A stretch of DNA of 55,976 nt, taken from the NCBI GenBank assembly GCA_048498975.1, contig JBEHWY010000001.1:1-55976 (forward strand), in the 5' to 3' direction. A program made the position numbers and the translations under genes. Origin of the DNA: Actinomycetota bacterium. Its GTDB lineage: Bacteria > Actinomycetota > Thermoleophilia > Solirubrobacterales > 70-9. Below the pieces are notes generated by a model that saw nothing but the letters and a program-made list of their open reading frames with translations, was not told the DNA's origin and searched no databases. Below, piece after piece: positions 21,317-28,752 of the stretch (the stretch's first letter is position 1; every line of letters starts with the position of its first letter).

Positions 21317-22735
21317 GTGAGAGCGCGCCTGGAGAATGCCTGCGGCGGCCGACGGGCGGCTGTCGCGCTGGCCCTCGTCTTCCTGCTCGGGCTCGGTCTG
21401 CGCCTCGACTACGCGATCCGCGCCCCCCAGCACCCGGTCGACGACGCCCGCGCCTACGCGCGGATCTCGCGGGCGCTGTACGAGGGCGAGGGCTACACGC
21501 AGGGGCCGGGATTCGGCTACCTGCAGTCGGCCTCCAATTATCAGCCGGGGCTGCCGCTGTTCGTGACCGGGCTCTACGAGGTGCGCCGCGCGCCCGACGA
21601 ACGCTTCGCCCGGATCGTGCTGGCACTGCTCAGCTCGCTGGCGATCCCCTTCGCCTTCGCGATCGGGCGCCGCCTCGGCGGCCCCGTGGGCCGACGGGCC
21701 GATTTCGGTGGACTATCACCCGAAATCGGCCCGTCGGCCGCGGTGGTTGCCGGGTTGATGGCGGCGACGGTGGTGGCGGTGTACCCGGCGCTGCTCGAGT
21801 ACACGGGGATGCTGATGACCGAGCCGGTGGGGACGGCGCTGCTCGCCGGCACGGTCCTCTTGCTGCTGCGCGCGCGCGAACGCGAACGGCCCTGGCCGTG
21901 GGCGGCGACCGGGCTGGCGATCGGGGCGCTGGCGATGCTGCGGCCCGAGTACCTCCTCCTCGTCCTCGTCCTGCCGGCGCTGATGCTGCTGCCCTGGCAC
22001 CGCGACGCCGCCGGGCGCGGGCGGCGGTTGCGGCTGGCGGCGCTGATGGCGGGCTGCGCCCTGCTGGTGCTGGCGCCGTGGACGGTGCGCAACTTCATCG
22101 CCTTCGAACGGCTGGTGCCGGTCTCGACCGGCGGCGGCCAGGTCCTCTACGAGGGCAGCTACCTGCCCGCCGGCCCCAACCCCGAAAACATCACCGACCA
22201 CCTGCTCGCGGAATACCCGTGGATTCGGCGCCAGCTCGGGCCGCTGCCCGGGCCGATCTACCGCGGCCAGGCGGTGGCGGCGCTGGCCCACCGCCTCCAC
22301 CCCGGCGAGAACACCGACACGGCGCTGACCGGGATGGCGATCGACGCCTACTGGACGGCGGCCCGCTCCGAACCGCTCGACCTCGCCGGCTTCCTTGCCG
22401 GCAAGGTCTGGTTCGCCTGGACCGATCCGGCCCGCGGCGTGATGCGCTTCCCGCTCTGGCGGGCGCTGCAGATCGCGCTGCTGGCGGCGGCCGCGCTGGG
22501 CCTCGCCGTCAGCCTCGCCCGACGCCGCTTCGACGTCGCCGCGATCGCCGCGGTCCTCCTCGTCGTCACCCTCGTGCAGGGGCTCTACATCGCCTCGCCG
22601 CGGCGCACCCTGACCCTGCTGCCGCTGACCTCGGCCCTGGCCGGCTACGGCGCCGTCTGGCTCTGGGCTCAGATATGGAAGGTCGGCCCGCGGGTTTCCC
22701 AGAAGAGGTCGGAGTATTCGCCGGCGTCGACGTAG
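21317..22735 (+). CDS. GT-C fold membrane glycosyltransferase (GT39/ArnT/PMT_2-like), paralog A
   Basis: 472 aa with more than 10 TM segments. First-loop acidic motif PVDDARAY. GTG start lies 7 nt after TAGAAT, so the mRNA may be leaderless. Confidence 0.8.
   Translation: MRARLENACGGRRAAVALALVFLLGLGLRLDYAIRAPQHPVDDARAYARISRALYEGEGYTQGPGFGYLQSASNYQPGLPLFVTGLYEVRRAPDERFARIVLALLSSLAIPFAFAIGRRLGGPVGRRADFGGLSPEIGPSAAVVAGLMAATVVAVYPALLEYTGMLMTEPVGTALLAGTVLLLLRARERERPWPWAATGLAIGALAMLRPEYLLLVLVLPALMLLPWHRDAAGRGRRLRLAALMAGCALLVLAPWTVRNFIAFERLVPVSTGGGQVLYEGSYLPAGPNPENITDHLLAEYPWIRRQLGPLPGPIYRGQAVAALAHRLHPGENTDTALTGMAIDAYWTAARSEPLDLAGFLAGKVWFAWTDPARGVMRFPLWRALQIALLAAAALGLAVSLARRRFDVAAIAAVLLVVTLVQGLYIASPRRTLTLLPLTSALAGYGAVWLWAQIWKVGPRVSQKRSEYSPAST
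21689..21739. repeat. 51-nt perfect palindrome (20-bp stem, 11-nt loop) in frame inside GT-C paralog A
   Basis: GGCCGACGGGCCGATTTCGG-TGGACTATCAC-CCGAAATCGGCCCGTCGGCC. It encodes the core of the peptide GRRADFGGLSPEIGPSA. Confidence 0.9.
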
Positions 22736-23339
22736 TAGCTGGCCTTGCCGTGGAAGTTGCCGACGTCGAAGACGGCGCTGCCGGTCTTGTTCGCCTTCTT
22801 GCCGCCCCTGGTACCCGGGATCTCGTAACCCGATTCTTCGAGCAGGTAGAGCCGCAGCGGGATCTTGCCGGCGCCCTTGACCGTCATCTTCACCTTGCCG
22901 CCGCCGAGCTTCTTCACCTTGACCTGCGTTCGCGCGAGACTTCGGCCTGGGCGAAGGCGCCGGCGGCTTCGAAGCCGATCGTCAGTTTGGTCGCGGTCTT
23001 CGCCGCGTAGGAGAACTTGCCGGCGGCGTTGGCCTGGACGGTGAGCGTCTTGAATTCCTCGACCGAGTAGTAGCCGCCCTTGGGGATCCATTTGCTCAGC
23101 TTCACGGTGACGGGACCGGAGACGGGCTTGTTGGAGTCGTCGCGCACGACCCCTTCGATCGTCCGCGGCTTGCCCGGCTTGTCCGCACAGAGCACGGACC
23201 CGACGCTGTCCCGGTTGTGCCGGCCCTTGCCGCCGCACTTGAGCGAGATCGTGGCGGCCGAGGCGCTGGCGGCGACGGCGAGCAGGACGAGGGCGGCGAG
23301 AGCGAGAGGGAGCGCTGAGTGCAGGCGGCGTCTGGTCAT
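22669..23339 (-). pseudogene. secreted Ig-like/CarboxypepD_reg-like protein, apparent frameshift near 22925-22940
   Basis: A signal peptide (MTRRRLHSALPLALAALVLLAVAASASA) and N-terminal domain run in one frame to the stop at 22914. Protein-like sequence then continues in another frame (RTQVKVKKLGGGKVKMTVKG...FHI) to 22669. Confidence 0.55.
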
Positions 23340-23449
23340 GCGCGGCACCCTATTCCAGCCGCTCTCGGCGTCAGCGCCGCGCGCGGAGCGCACTGGGTGA
23401 AAACCACGGGGGCGGCGTCGGCCGCTCACACCCGCCCCCCCCGCGGCGG

Positions 23450-23833
23450 CTAATCGAGGTTGTACTTGACCTGGAAGACCAGCCTCACGTACATCGGCGT
23501 GTCGGCGCCTTTGAACTCGCACTTGTACTTCACCTTGTCGGGGGCGGTGGCGAGCACCGTCGGCGTGCAGTAGAAGCCGATCACGCTCTTCGGCTCCTCC
23601 ACCCGCAGGGCGAGGATCCGGTTCATCACCTTCTTGGCGTAGCCGCAGGTGGCGTATTCGGCCTGGACCTTGTTCACGTCGCGCGAGGTCAGCGTGCCTT
23701 TGACGGTCTTGCCGATCACGTTTTTGGAGTGCGTCGTGCAGGTCTTGGGCCCGCCCTTGGCGGCGGCGGTGCCGCTGAAGGCGATGACGGCGCAGAGGAC
23801 GGCGCCGGTGAGGATCAGGGAGATGCGTCGCAT
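23450..23833 (-). CDS. small secreted cysteine-containing protein (127 aa)
   Basis: AAGGAG SD upstream of the ATG at 23833. Signal peptide MRRISLILTGAVLCAVIAFSGTAAA. The mature part has 4 Cys. Confidence 0.7.
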   Translation of the reverse strand: MRRISLILTGAVLCAVIAFSGTAAAKGGPKTCTTHSKNVIGKTVKGTLTSRDVNKVQAEYATCGYAKKVMNRILALRVEEPKSVIGFYCTPTVLATAPDKVKYKCEFKGADTPMYVRLVFQVKYNLD

Positions 23834-23966
23834 GTGCGGGGGCTCCTTGTCGGTGTACGGGTCCCGAAGATCGGCCCCGGCGGGTTGGATCTTTAGCCCG
23901 GTCGGGCCGAGCCGGACACTCGCCGACAGCGCCGGCCGCCCCGCGCGCGGATAGCCTGACTCGGCT

Positions 23967-25388
23967 GTGACCGCCGTCGCCGACCGCATTCGGGCGCTGC
24001 CCCAGCGCCTCGGTAAGAGGACCCTCATCGCGCTGGTCGGGATCGCGCTGCTCGGCTTGCTGCTGCGCGGCGTCGCCGTGGTCCACCCGGTCGCCAACCC
24101 CGCCGACGACTCCCACGCCTACTTTGGCCTCGCCAAGGCGCTCTACGAAGAAGGCAGCTTCGGCGGGCCCGACTTCGAAAACTCGAGCGACTGGTCGCCG
24201 GGCGCGCCGCTGCTCTACGCGGCCAGCTTCGTCCTCACCGGCGGCGCCCGCGAAGGCACCGCCCGCGCCGTCGAGGCCCTCCTCGGCACCGCCGCGATCC
24301 TCGTCGTCTTCGCCCTAACCCGCCGCCTCGCCCTGGGCTCGCGGGGCCGACGGGCCGATTTCGGGCGACTATCACCCGAAATCGGCCCGTCGGCGGCTGG
24401 GGTCGTGGGGTTGGTGGCGGCTTTTGGGGTGGCGGTTTATCCGGCGTTCTTGCATTCGACGGGGGAGTTGATGAGCGAGCCGCCGGCGATGCTGACGCTG
24501 CCGGCCGCGGTGCTCGCCTTCCTCTGGGCGGGTGATGAGGAGCGGCGCTGGTGGGCCTGGCTGGTGCCGGGGGTGCTGTTCGGGCTGACGGCGATGTTCC
24601 GGCCCGAGTACCTGTTCGTCGGCGCCGCCTTCGTCGTCCTCGCCGCGCTGCGGGTGGGGCCGGCGCGCGGCTGGCGACCGGGACTGGCCGGCGCGGCGCT
24701 GCTGGCCGCGGCGCTGGTCGGGGTGATCCTCCCCTGGACGATCCGCAACGCCGACGTGCTCGGCCGCCTGGTGCCGATCTCGACCGGCAGCGGCAAGGCG
24801 CTCTACGTCGGCACCTTCCTCCCCGCTGACGGCGAATACCAGCGGGTCAAGGCGATCCTCTACGAGCGCAAGACGGGGATCTCGCTGCCGCCGCAGTCCG
24901 AAGCGCTGAACGAAGTCGACCCGACCCCACTCTTCGACGAAGTCGCGGAAAGCCGCTATCCCGACCTCCCCCGCGACTCCGCCCTCGGCAAGATCGGCAA
25001 GCAGAACTTCTCCAAGTACTTCGGCGAAGACCCGCTCGGCTACCTGGCGATGACCGCGCGCAAGGTCGGCCGGATGTGGAGCAGCGGGCCGGGCGCGGCG
25101 ATGAGCAGCACCCCCGGCCGCGTCGTCCAGATCCTGCTCGTCGCCCTCGGCCTCGCCGGCTTCGCCTGGCTCGGGCTGCGCCGCCGCTGGTGGGATCTGG
25201 TGGCGATGGCGACGCCGATCGTCCTCGTCACCGCGGTCGGCGCGATCTCGCTGGCGGCGCCGCGGCGCAACGAGGTGCTGATGACGCTCGTCTTTCCGCT
25301 CGCCGCCCTGGCCCTGGGTTGGGGGGCCGCGGCCCTATCCTCCGCACGCCAATGGTCCTCCAAGCAGGCATCTTCCCCGCCGAACTGA
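23967..25388 (+). CDS. GT-C fold membrane glycosyltransferase (GT39/ArnT/PMT_2-like), paralog B
   Basis: 473 aa with the same architecture as 21317-22735. First-loop motif PADDSHAY. GTG start. Confidence 0.8.
   Translation: MTAVADRIRALPQRLGKRTLIALVGIALLGLLLRGVAVVHPVANPADDSHAYFGLAKALYEEGSFGGPDFENSSDWSPGAPLLYAASFVLTGGAREGTARAVEALLGTAAILVVFALTRRLALGSRGRRADFGRLSPEIGPSAAGVVGLVAAFGVAVYPAFLHSTGELMSEPPAMLTLPAAVLAFLWAGDEERRWWAWLVPGVLFGLTAMFRPEYLFVGAAFVVLAALRVGPARGWRPGLAGAALLAAALVGVILPWTIRNADVLGRLVPISTGSGKALYVGTFLPADGEYQRVKAILYERKTGISLPPQSEALNEVDPTPLFDEVAESRYPDLPRDSALGKIGKQNFSKYFGEDPLGYLAMTARKVGRMWSSGPGAAMSSTPGRVVQILLVALGLAGFAWLGLRRRWWDLVAMATPIVLVTAVGAISLAAPRRNEVLMTLVFPLAALALGWGAAALSSARQWSSKQASSPPN
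24345..24395. repeat. second copy of the 51-nt palindrome, in frame inside GT-C paralog B
   Basis: GGCCGACGGGCCGATTTCGG-GCGACTATCAC-CCGAAATCGGCCCGTCGGCG. It matches the copy at 21689-21739 at 48 of 51 nt, while the flanking DNA is much more divergent. Confidence 0.9.
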
Positions 25389-26419
25389 CGGCCCTGCGCG
25401 GCGCCGGTCTGCTGATCGCCGCCCTGCTGATCGTCTACGCGGTCGTCCGCCGCCACACGCTGCGCAACGCCGACGTGCTGCTGCTGCTCGCCGCCGGCGT
25501 CGGCCTGGCCCTGGTCACCGGCACCGAAATCATCGACGGCCTGCTCTCCGCCTTCTCCTTCGAAAAGGGCAACGGCGGCCGCATCCTCGGCCTCGCCGTC
25601 TTCGCGATCTTCGCCCTCTTCCTACTGACGCTGCGGGCGCTCTCGCAGACGGCGCGCAACGCGCGCCAGCTCTCGGCGGCGCTCGAGGGGCTGGCCTGGG
25701 AGGAGTTCCGCCAGGCCGGCCTACCGGAGCGCTTCCGCGGCAAGGTCGCGATCCTGATCCCGGCCTACAACGAGGCCGAGAACGTCGGCGTCGTGCTCAA
25801 CCAGATCCCGGCCGAGGTCTGCGGCGTGCCGACCGCCGTGCTCGTCGTCGACGACGGCTCGCGCGACGGCACCGGCGACGTCGCCGCCGAGCACGGCGCG
25901 CTCGTCGCCCGCCACGTCACCAACCGCGGCGGCGGCGCGGCCCTGCGCACCGGCTACCGGCTGATGGTCGAATCCGGCGCCGAGATCGTCGTCACCCTCG
26001 ACGCCGACGGCCAGCACCGCCCCGACCAGATGGAGCGGCTGGTGGCGCCGATCCTCGACGGCGAAGTCGACGTCGCCCACGGCTCGCGCGTCCTCGGCGC
26101 CGCCGACCGCAACCACTTCGCCCGCGAGCTCGGCATCGTCTTCTTCAACCGCCTCGTCTCCTTCATCACCCGCACTCACGTCACCGACTGCTCCAACGGC
26201 TACCGCGCGGTGCGGACCACCGTGCTGCCCCAGCTCGTCCTGCGCCAGGAGCAGTTCCACACCTCGGAGTTCATGATCGAGGCGATCAAGCGCGGGATCC
26301 CCGCCCGCGAGATCCCGATCACGGTCGAACAGCGCCTGCACGGCCACTCGAAGAAGCCGGCCGTCTTCCGCTACGGCGTCGGCTTCGCCAACGCCATCGT
26401 CCGCACCTGGCTGCGCTAG
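25352..26419 (+). CDS. GT2 glycosyltransferase (polyprenyl-phosphate sugar synthase-like: DPM1/ArnC/GtrB type) with N-terminal multi-TM domain
   Basis: The internal ATG at 25352 gives MVLQAGIF... followed by about 3-4 TM segments. After those comes AILIPAYNEAENVG...VVDDGSRDGT...DADGQH. The gene overlaps the end of GT-C B by 37 nt. Confidence 0.8.
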   Translation: MVLQAGIFPAELTALRGAGLLIAALLIVYAVVRRHTLRNADVLLLLAAGVGLALVTGTEIIDGLLSAFSFEKGNGGRILGLAVFAIFALFLLTLRALSQTARNARQLSAALEGLAWEEFRQAGLPERFRGKVAILIPAYNEAENVGVVLNQIPAEVCGVPTAVLVVDDGSRDGTGDVAAEHGALVARHVTNRGGGAALRTGYRLMVESGAEIVVTLDADGQHRPDQMERLVAPILDGEVDVAHGSRVLGAADRNHFARELGIVFFNRLVSFITRTHVTDCSNGYRAVRTTVLPQLVLRQEQFHTSEFMIEAIKRGIPAREIPITVEQRLHGHSKKPAVFRYGVGFANAIVRTWLR

Positions 26420-26497
26420 CGGGCTCCGCCAGACCGCACATCGCGGGGCGCGACCGGGGAGGCTCTCACGCGTTCGCGATATTGACCACACCAGTGG

Positions 26498-26530
26498 CCT
26501 GTGGGTGCGCCGGGCTGCCCGCCGCTCGCC
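26498..26530. repeat. 33-nt REP-like repeat, single copy
   Basis: CCTGTGGGTGCGCCGGGCTGCCCGCCGCTCGCC matches 45547-45580 at about 30 of 33 positions. Confidence 0.75.
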
Positions 26531-26572
26531 AGCGCGAGCCCTCCGCTCCGGGCGAGTTTGCATTTCCTAACT

Positions 26573-26600
26573 CAATTACTGGATCTAATTCCAGTAATTG
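26573..26600. promoter_or_regulatory. perfect 11-bp inverted repeat in a local AT-rich island
   Basis: CAATTACTGGA-TCTAAT-TCCAGTAATTG, preceded by the TTGCAT hexamer at 26557. Confidence 0.4.
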
Positions 26601-26716
26601 ACGGTCCCCTTCTCTGAACACAGGGAAAGGGGGTGACGCCATGAGGATCGGTACGTCCGCGAATCGCTTCCCGACGGCCTCGATCACGAAGAACGGCTAG
26701 CCGAACTACCGGTGGG

Positions 26717-26739
26717 CCGGCCGCGCCCGGGGCGGCCGG
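26717..26739 (-). terminator. hairpin downstream of the zinc-ribbon membrane protein gene
   Basis: CCGGCCGC-GCCCGGG-GCGGCCGG, 22 nt past the stop at 26762. Confidence 0.4.
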
Positions 26740-26761
26740 TGACCGGGCAGAGCACCCCTAA

Positions 26762-27085
26762 TTACTGCGAGGGCTCGGCTCGTTCGACGCCGGGATGGCG
26801 GACGGCGGCGGGGTCGGGCAGGTAGAGGTCGGTCCCGCAGCGGGGGCAGACCTGGACGTAGAGCTTCAGCGCCTTGCCGCAGTTCGGGCACTGCCGTTCG
26901 GGTTCGTCCTTCTCGAAGCGGTAGAGGACGACGGCGATGAGGCCGAAGAAGAGCAGCACGCCGCCGACCAGGAACCAGATCCAGAACGAGCTGCCCTTGG
27001 CCTTGCCGATGATGCCGGTGGCGAGGGCGAAGCAGGCGGCGATGACGAGGTAGGCCACGACCGCATTGTGGCGCCTGCGCGGCAT
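26762..27085 (-). CDS. small membrane protein with C-terminal zinc-ribbon (CPNC...CPRC)
   Basis: 107 aa with two hydrophobic segments, then CPNCGKALKLYVQVCPRCG. Confidence 0.7.
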   Translation of the reverse strand: MPRRRHNAVVAYLVIAACFALATGIIGKAKGSSFWIWFLVGGVLLFFGLIAVVLYRFEKDEPERQCPNCGKALKLYVQVCPRCGTDLYLPDPAAVRHPGVERAEPSQ

Positions 27086-27174
27086 CGACCGTCCGTCCAG
27101 GCAGGGGCCGCCGCCTCACGCCCGCCCGCGCCGGGCCGACAGAGAACGAAGGTCCCCGCGGGGCCGTCCCGGCC

Positions 27175-28752
27175 ATGGCGATTCCCCAGGCGAAAGCGAG
27201 CGCGAAGCAGAAGGGGCGGCACAAGCGCCGCAAGCACAAGCGCGTCTGGAACGACAAGCACTGGCGCTGGGTCCCGACCGCCGACGGCGACTGGCGCGTC
27301 CAGGGCTACGTCTTCCACCACAAGCACAAGCCGCCCAAGCACCACTTCCGCGGCCCCGGGCCGAAACCGCCCAGCCGAGCCGTTGCCCCGCCGCCCGCCG
27401 AAACGCGTCCCGCCGGCTCCTACCAGGGCCCGTTCGGGACCGCCCAGGCCACCCGGCTGCTGCAGCGGGCCGGCTTCGGGCCGCGGCCGGGCCAGGCCGA
27501 GCAGCTCGCCTCGATGGGCCTCGTCGGCGCGGTGCAGTCGCTGACCCGCCCGAGCGGCGCCGCCACCCTCTCCGGCCCCTCCCCGGTCGACGACGAAGGC
27601 AACCCGCTGGCCCCCGCCGACGCCTGGGGCCACGACCACCTCTGGTGGCTCGACCGCATGGTTCGCAGCGACCAGCCGCTGGTCGAGCGGATGGCGCTCG
27701 TCTTCCACGACTGGTTCGCGACCTCGGCGGCCGGCGTCTCCAAGACCCAGCAGATGATCGACCAGTCCAACCTCTTCCGCTCGGCCTGCTTCGGCTCCTT
27801 CCTCGACCTGTTCAAGGCGGTGACGGCCGACCCGGCGATGTTGCAGTGGCTGAACGGGATCGAAAACGTGAAGTCGGCCCCGAACGAGAACTACGCGCGG
27901 GAGATGATGGAGCTGTTCTCGCTCGGCGCCGATCGCGGCGCCTACACCGAGGACGACGTGCGCGAACAGGCGCGGGCACTGACCGGCTGGCGCGCCGACT
28001 GGTCGAGCGAAGAAGGCCTCCACAACTTCCGCTTCGACCCCAAACGCCACGACGAAAAAACGAAGACGGTCTTCGGCAAGAGCGGCAACTGGAGTTGGGA
28101 GGACGCCTGCCGGCTCTGCGTCGAGCACCCCCTCCATCCCAGCTTCTTCGTCAGCAAGCTGTGGAGCTACTTCGTGCCCGGGCCGATGCCGGAAGCGACC
28201 GAGAACGCGCTGATCGGGACCTACGCCTCCTCCGGCTGGCAGATCCGGCCGGTGCTGGAGGCGATCCTGCTCAGCCCCGACCTCTACGAAGGGCCGCCGA
28301 TGGTCAAGCCGCCGGTCGTGCAGCTGGCCTCGATGCTGCGCTCGGTCGGGCGCTACGTCGACACCCAGGCCTGGGTCTGGCTCTGCGAAGAAGCCGGCCA
28401 GCGACTGTTCTGGCCGCCCAACGTCTCCGGCTGGGACGACACGCGCTGGCTCGACACCTCGCGGCTGCGGGCGCGCTGGAACACGGTCGACTACGTCCTC
28501 GACGGGATCTCGGTCGATGCCTGGGGCCAGCCGTACAGCGCAACCGAGACCGCCGAAGAAGCGCTGGCGCGGGCGCTGGCCTCCTGGGGCTCGCCGGCGC
28601 TGCGCGAGGAACACCGCGCCGAGCTGCTCGACTTCGCCCAGCGGGCCGAAAAACAGGTCGTCGCCAACTGGCAGAAGGGCCCCTACCGGGCGCTGCGCCA
28701 GAACGCCCTGCTGCAGCTGATCGGCACCAGCCCCGACCTGATCCTGCAATGA
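27175..28752 (+). CDS. DUF1800 family protein with His/Lys/Arg-rich N-terminal extension
   Basis: 525 aa. The LLQRAGFGPRPGQ, DHLWWLDRMV and MALVFHDWFATS blocks are typical of DUF1800. The stop overlaps the next start (ATGA). Confidence 0.8.
   Translation: MAIPQAKASAKQKGRHKRRKHKRVWNDKHWRWVPTADGDWRVQGYVFHHKHKPPKHHFRGPGPKPPSRAVAPPPAETRPAGSYQGPFGTAQATRLLQRAGFGPRPGQAEQLASMGLVGAVQSLTRPSGAATLSGPSPVDDEGNPLAPADAWGHDHLWWLDRMVRSDQPLVERMALVFHDWFATSAAGVSKTQQMIDQSNLFRSACFGSFLDLFKAVTADPAMLQWLNGIENVKSAPNENYAREMMELFSLGADRGAYTEDDVREQARALTGWRADWSSEEGLHNFRFDPKRHDEKTKTVFGKSGNWSWEDACRLCVEHPLHPSFFVSKLWSYFVPGPMPEATENALIGTYASSGWQIRPVLEAILLSPDLYEGPPMVKPPVVQLASMLRSVGRYVDTQAWVWLCEEAGQRLFWPPNVSGWDDTRWLDTSRLRARWNTVDYVLDGISVDAWGQPYSATETAEEALARALASWGSPALREEHRAELLDFAQRAEKQVVANWQKGPYRALRQNALLQLIGTSPDLILQ

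Noticed and set aside
26466-26687. A 73-aa minus-strand ORF in the 26.4-26.7 kb gap.
   Set aside because: It has no SD, it spans the REP-like repeat and the AT-rich palindrome, and its translation is not protein-like.
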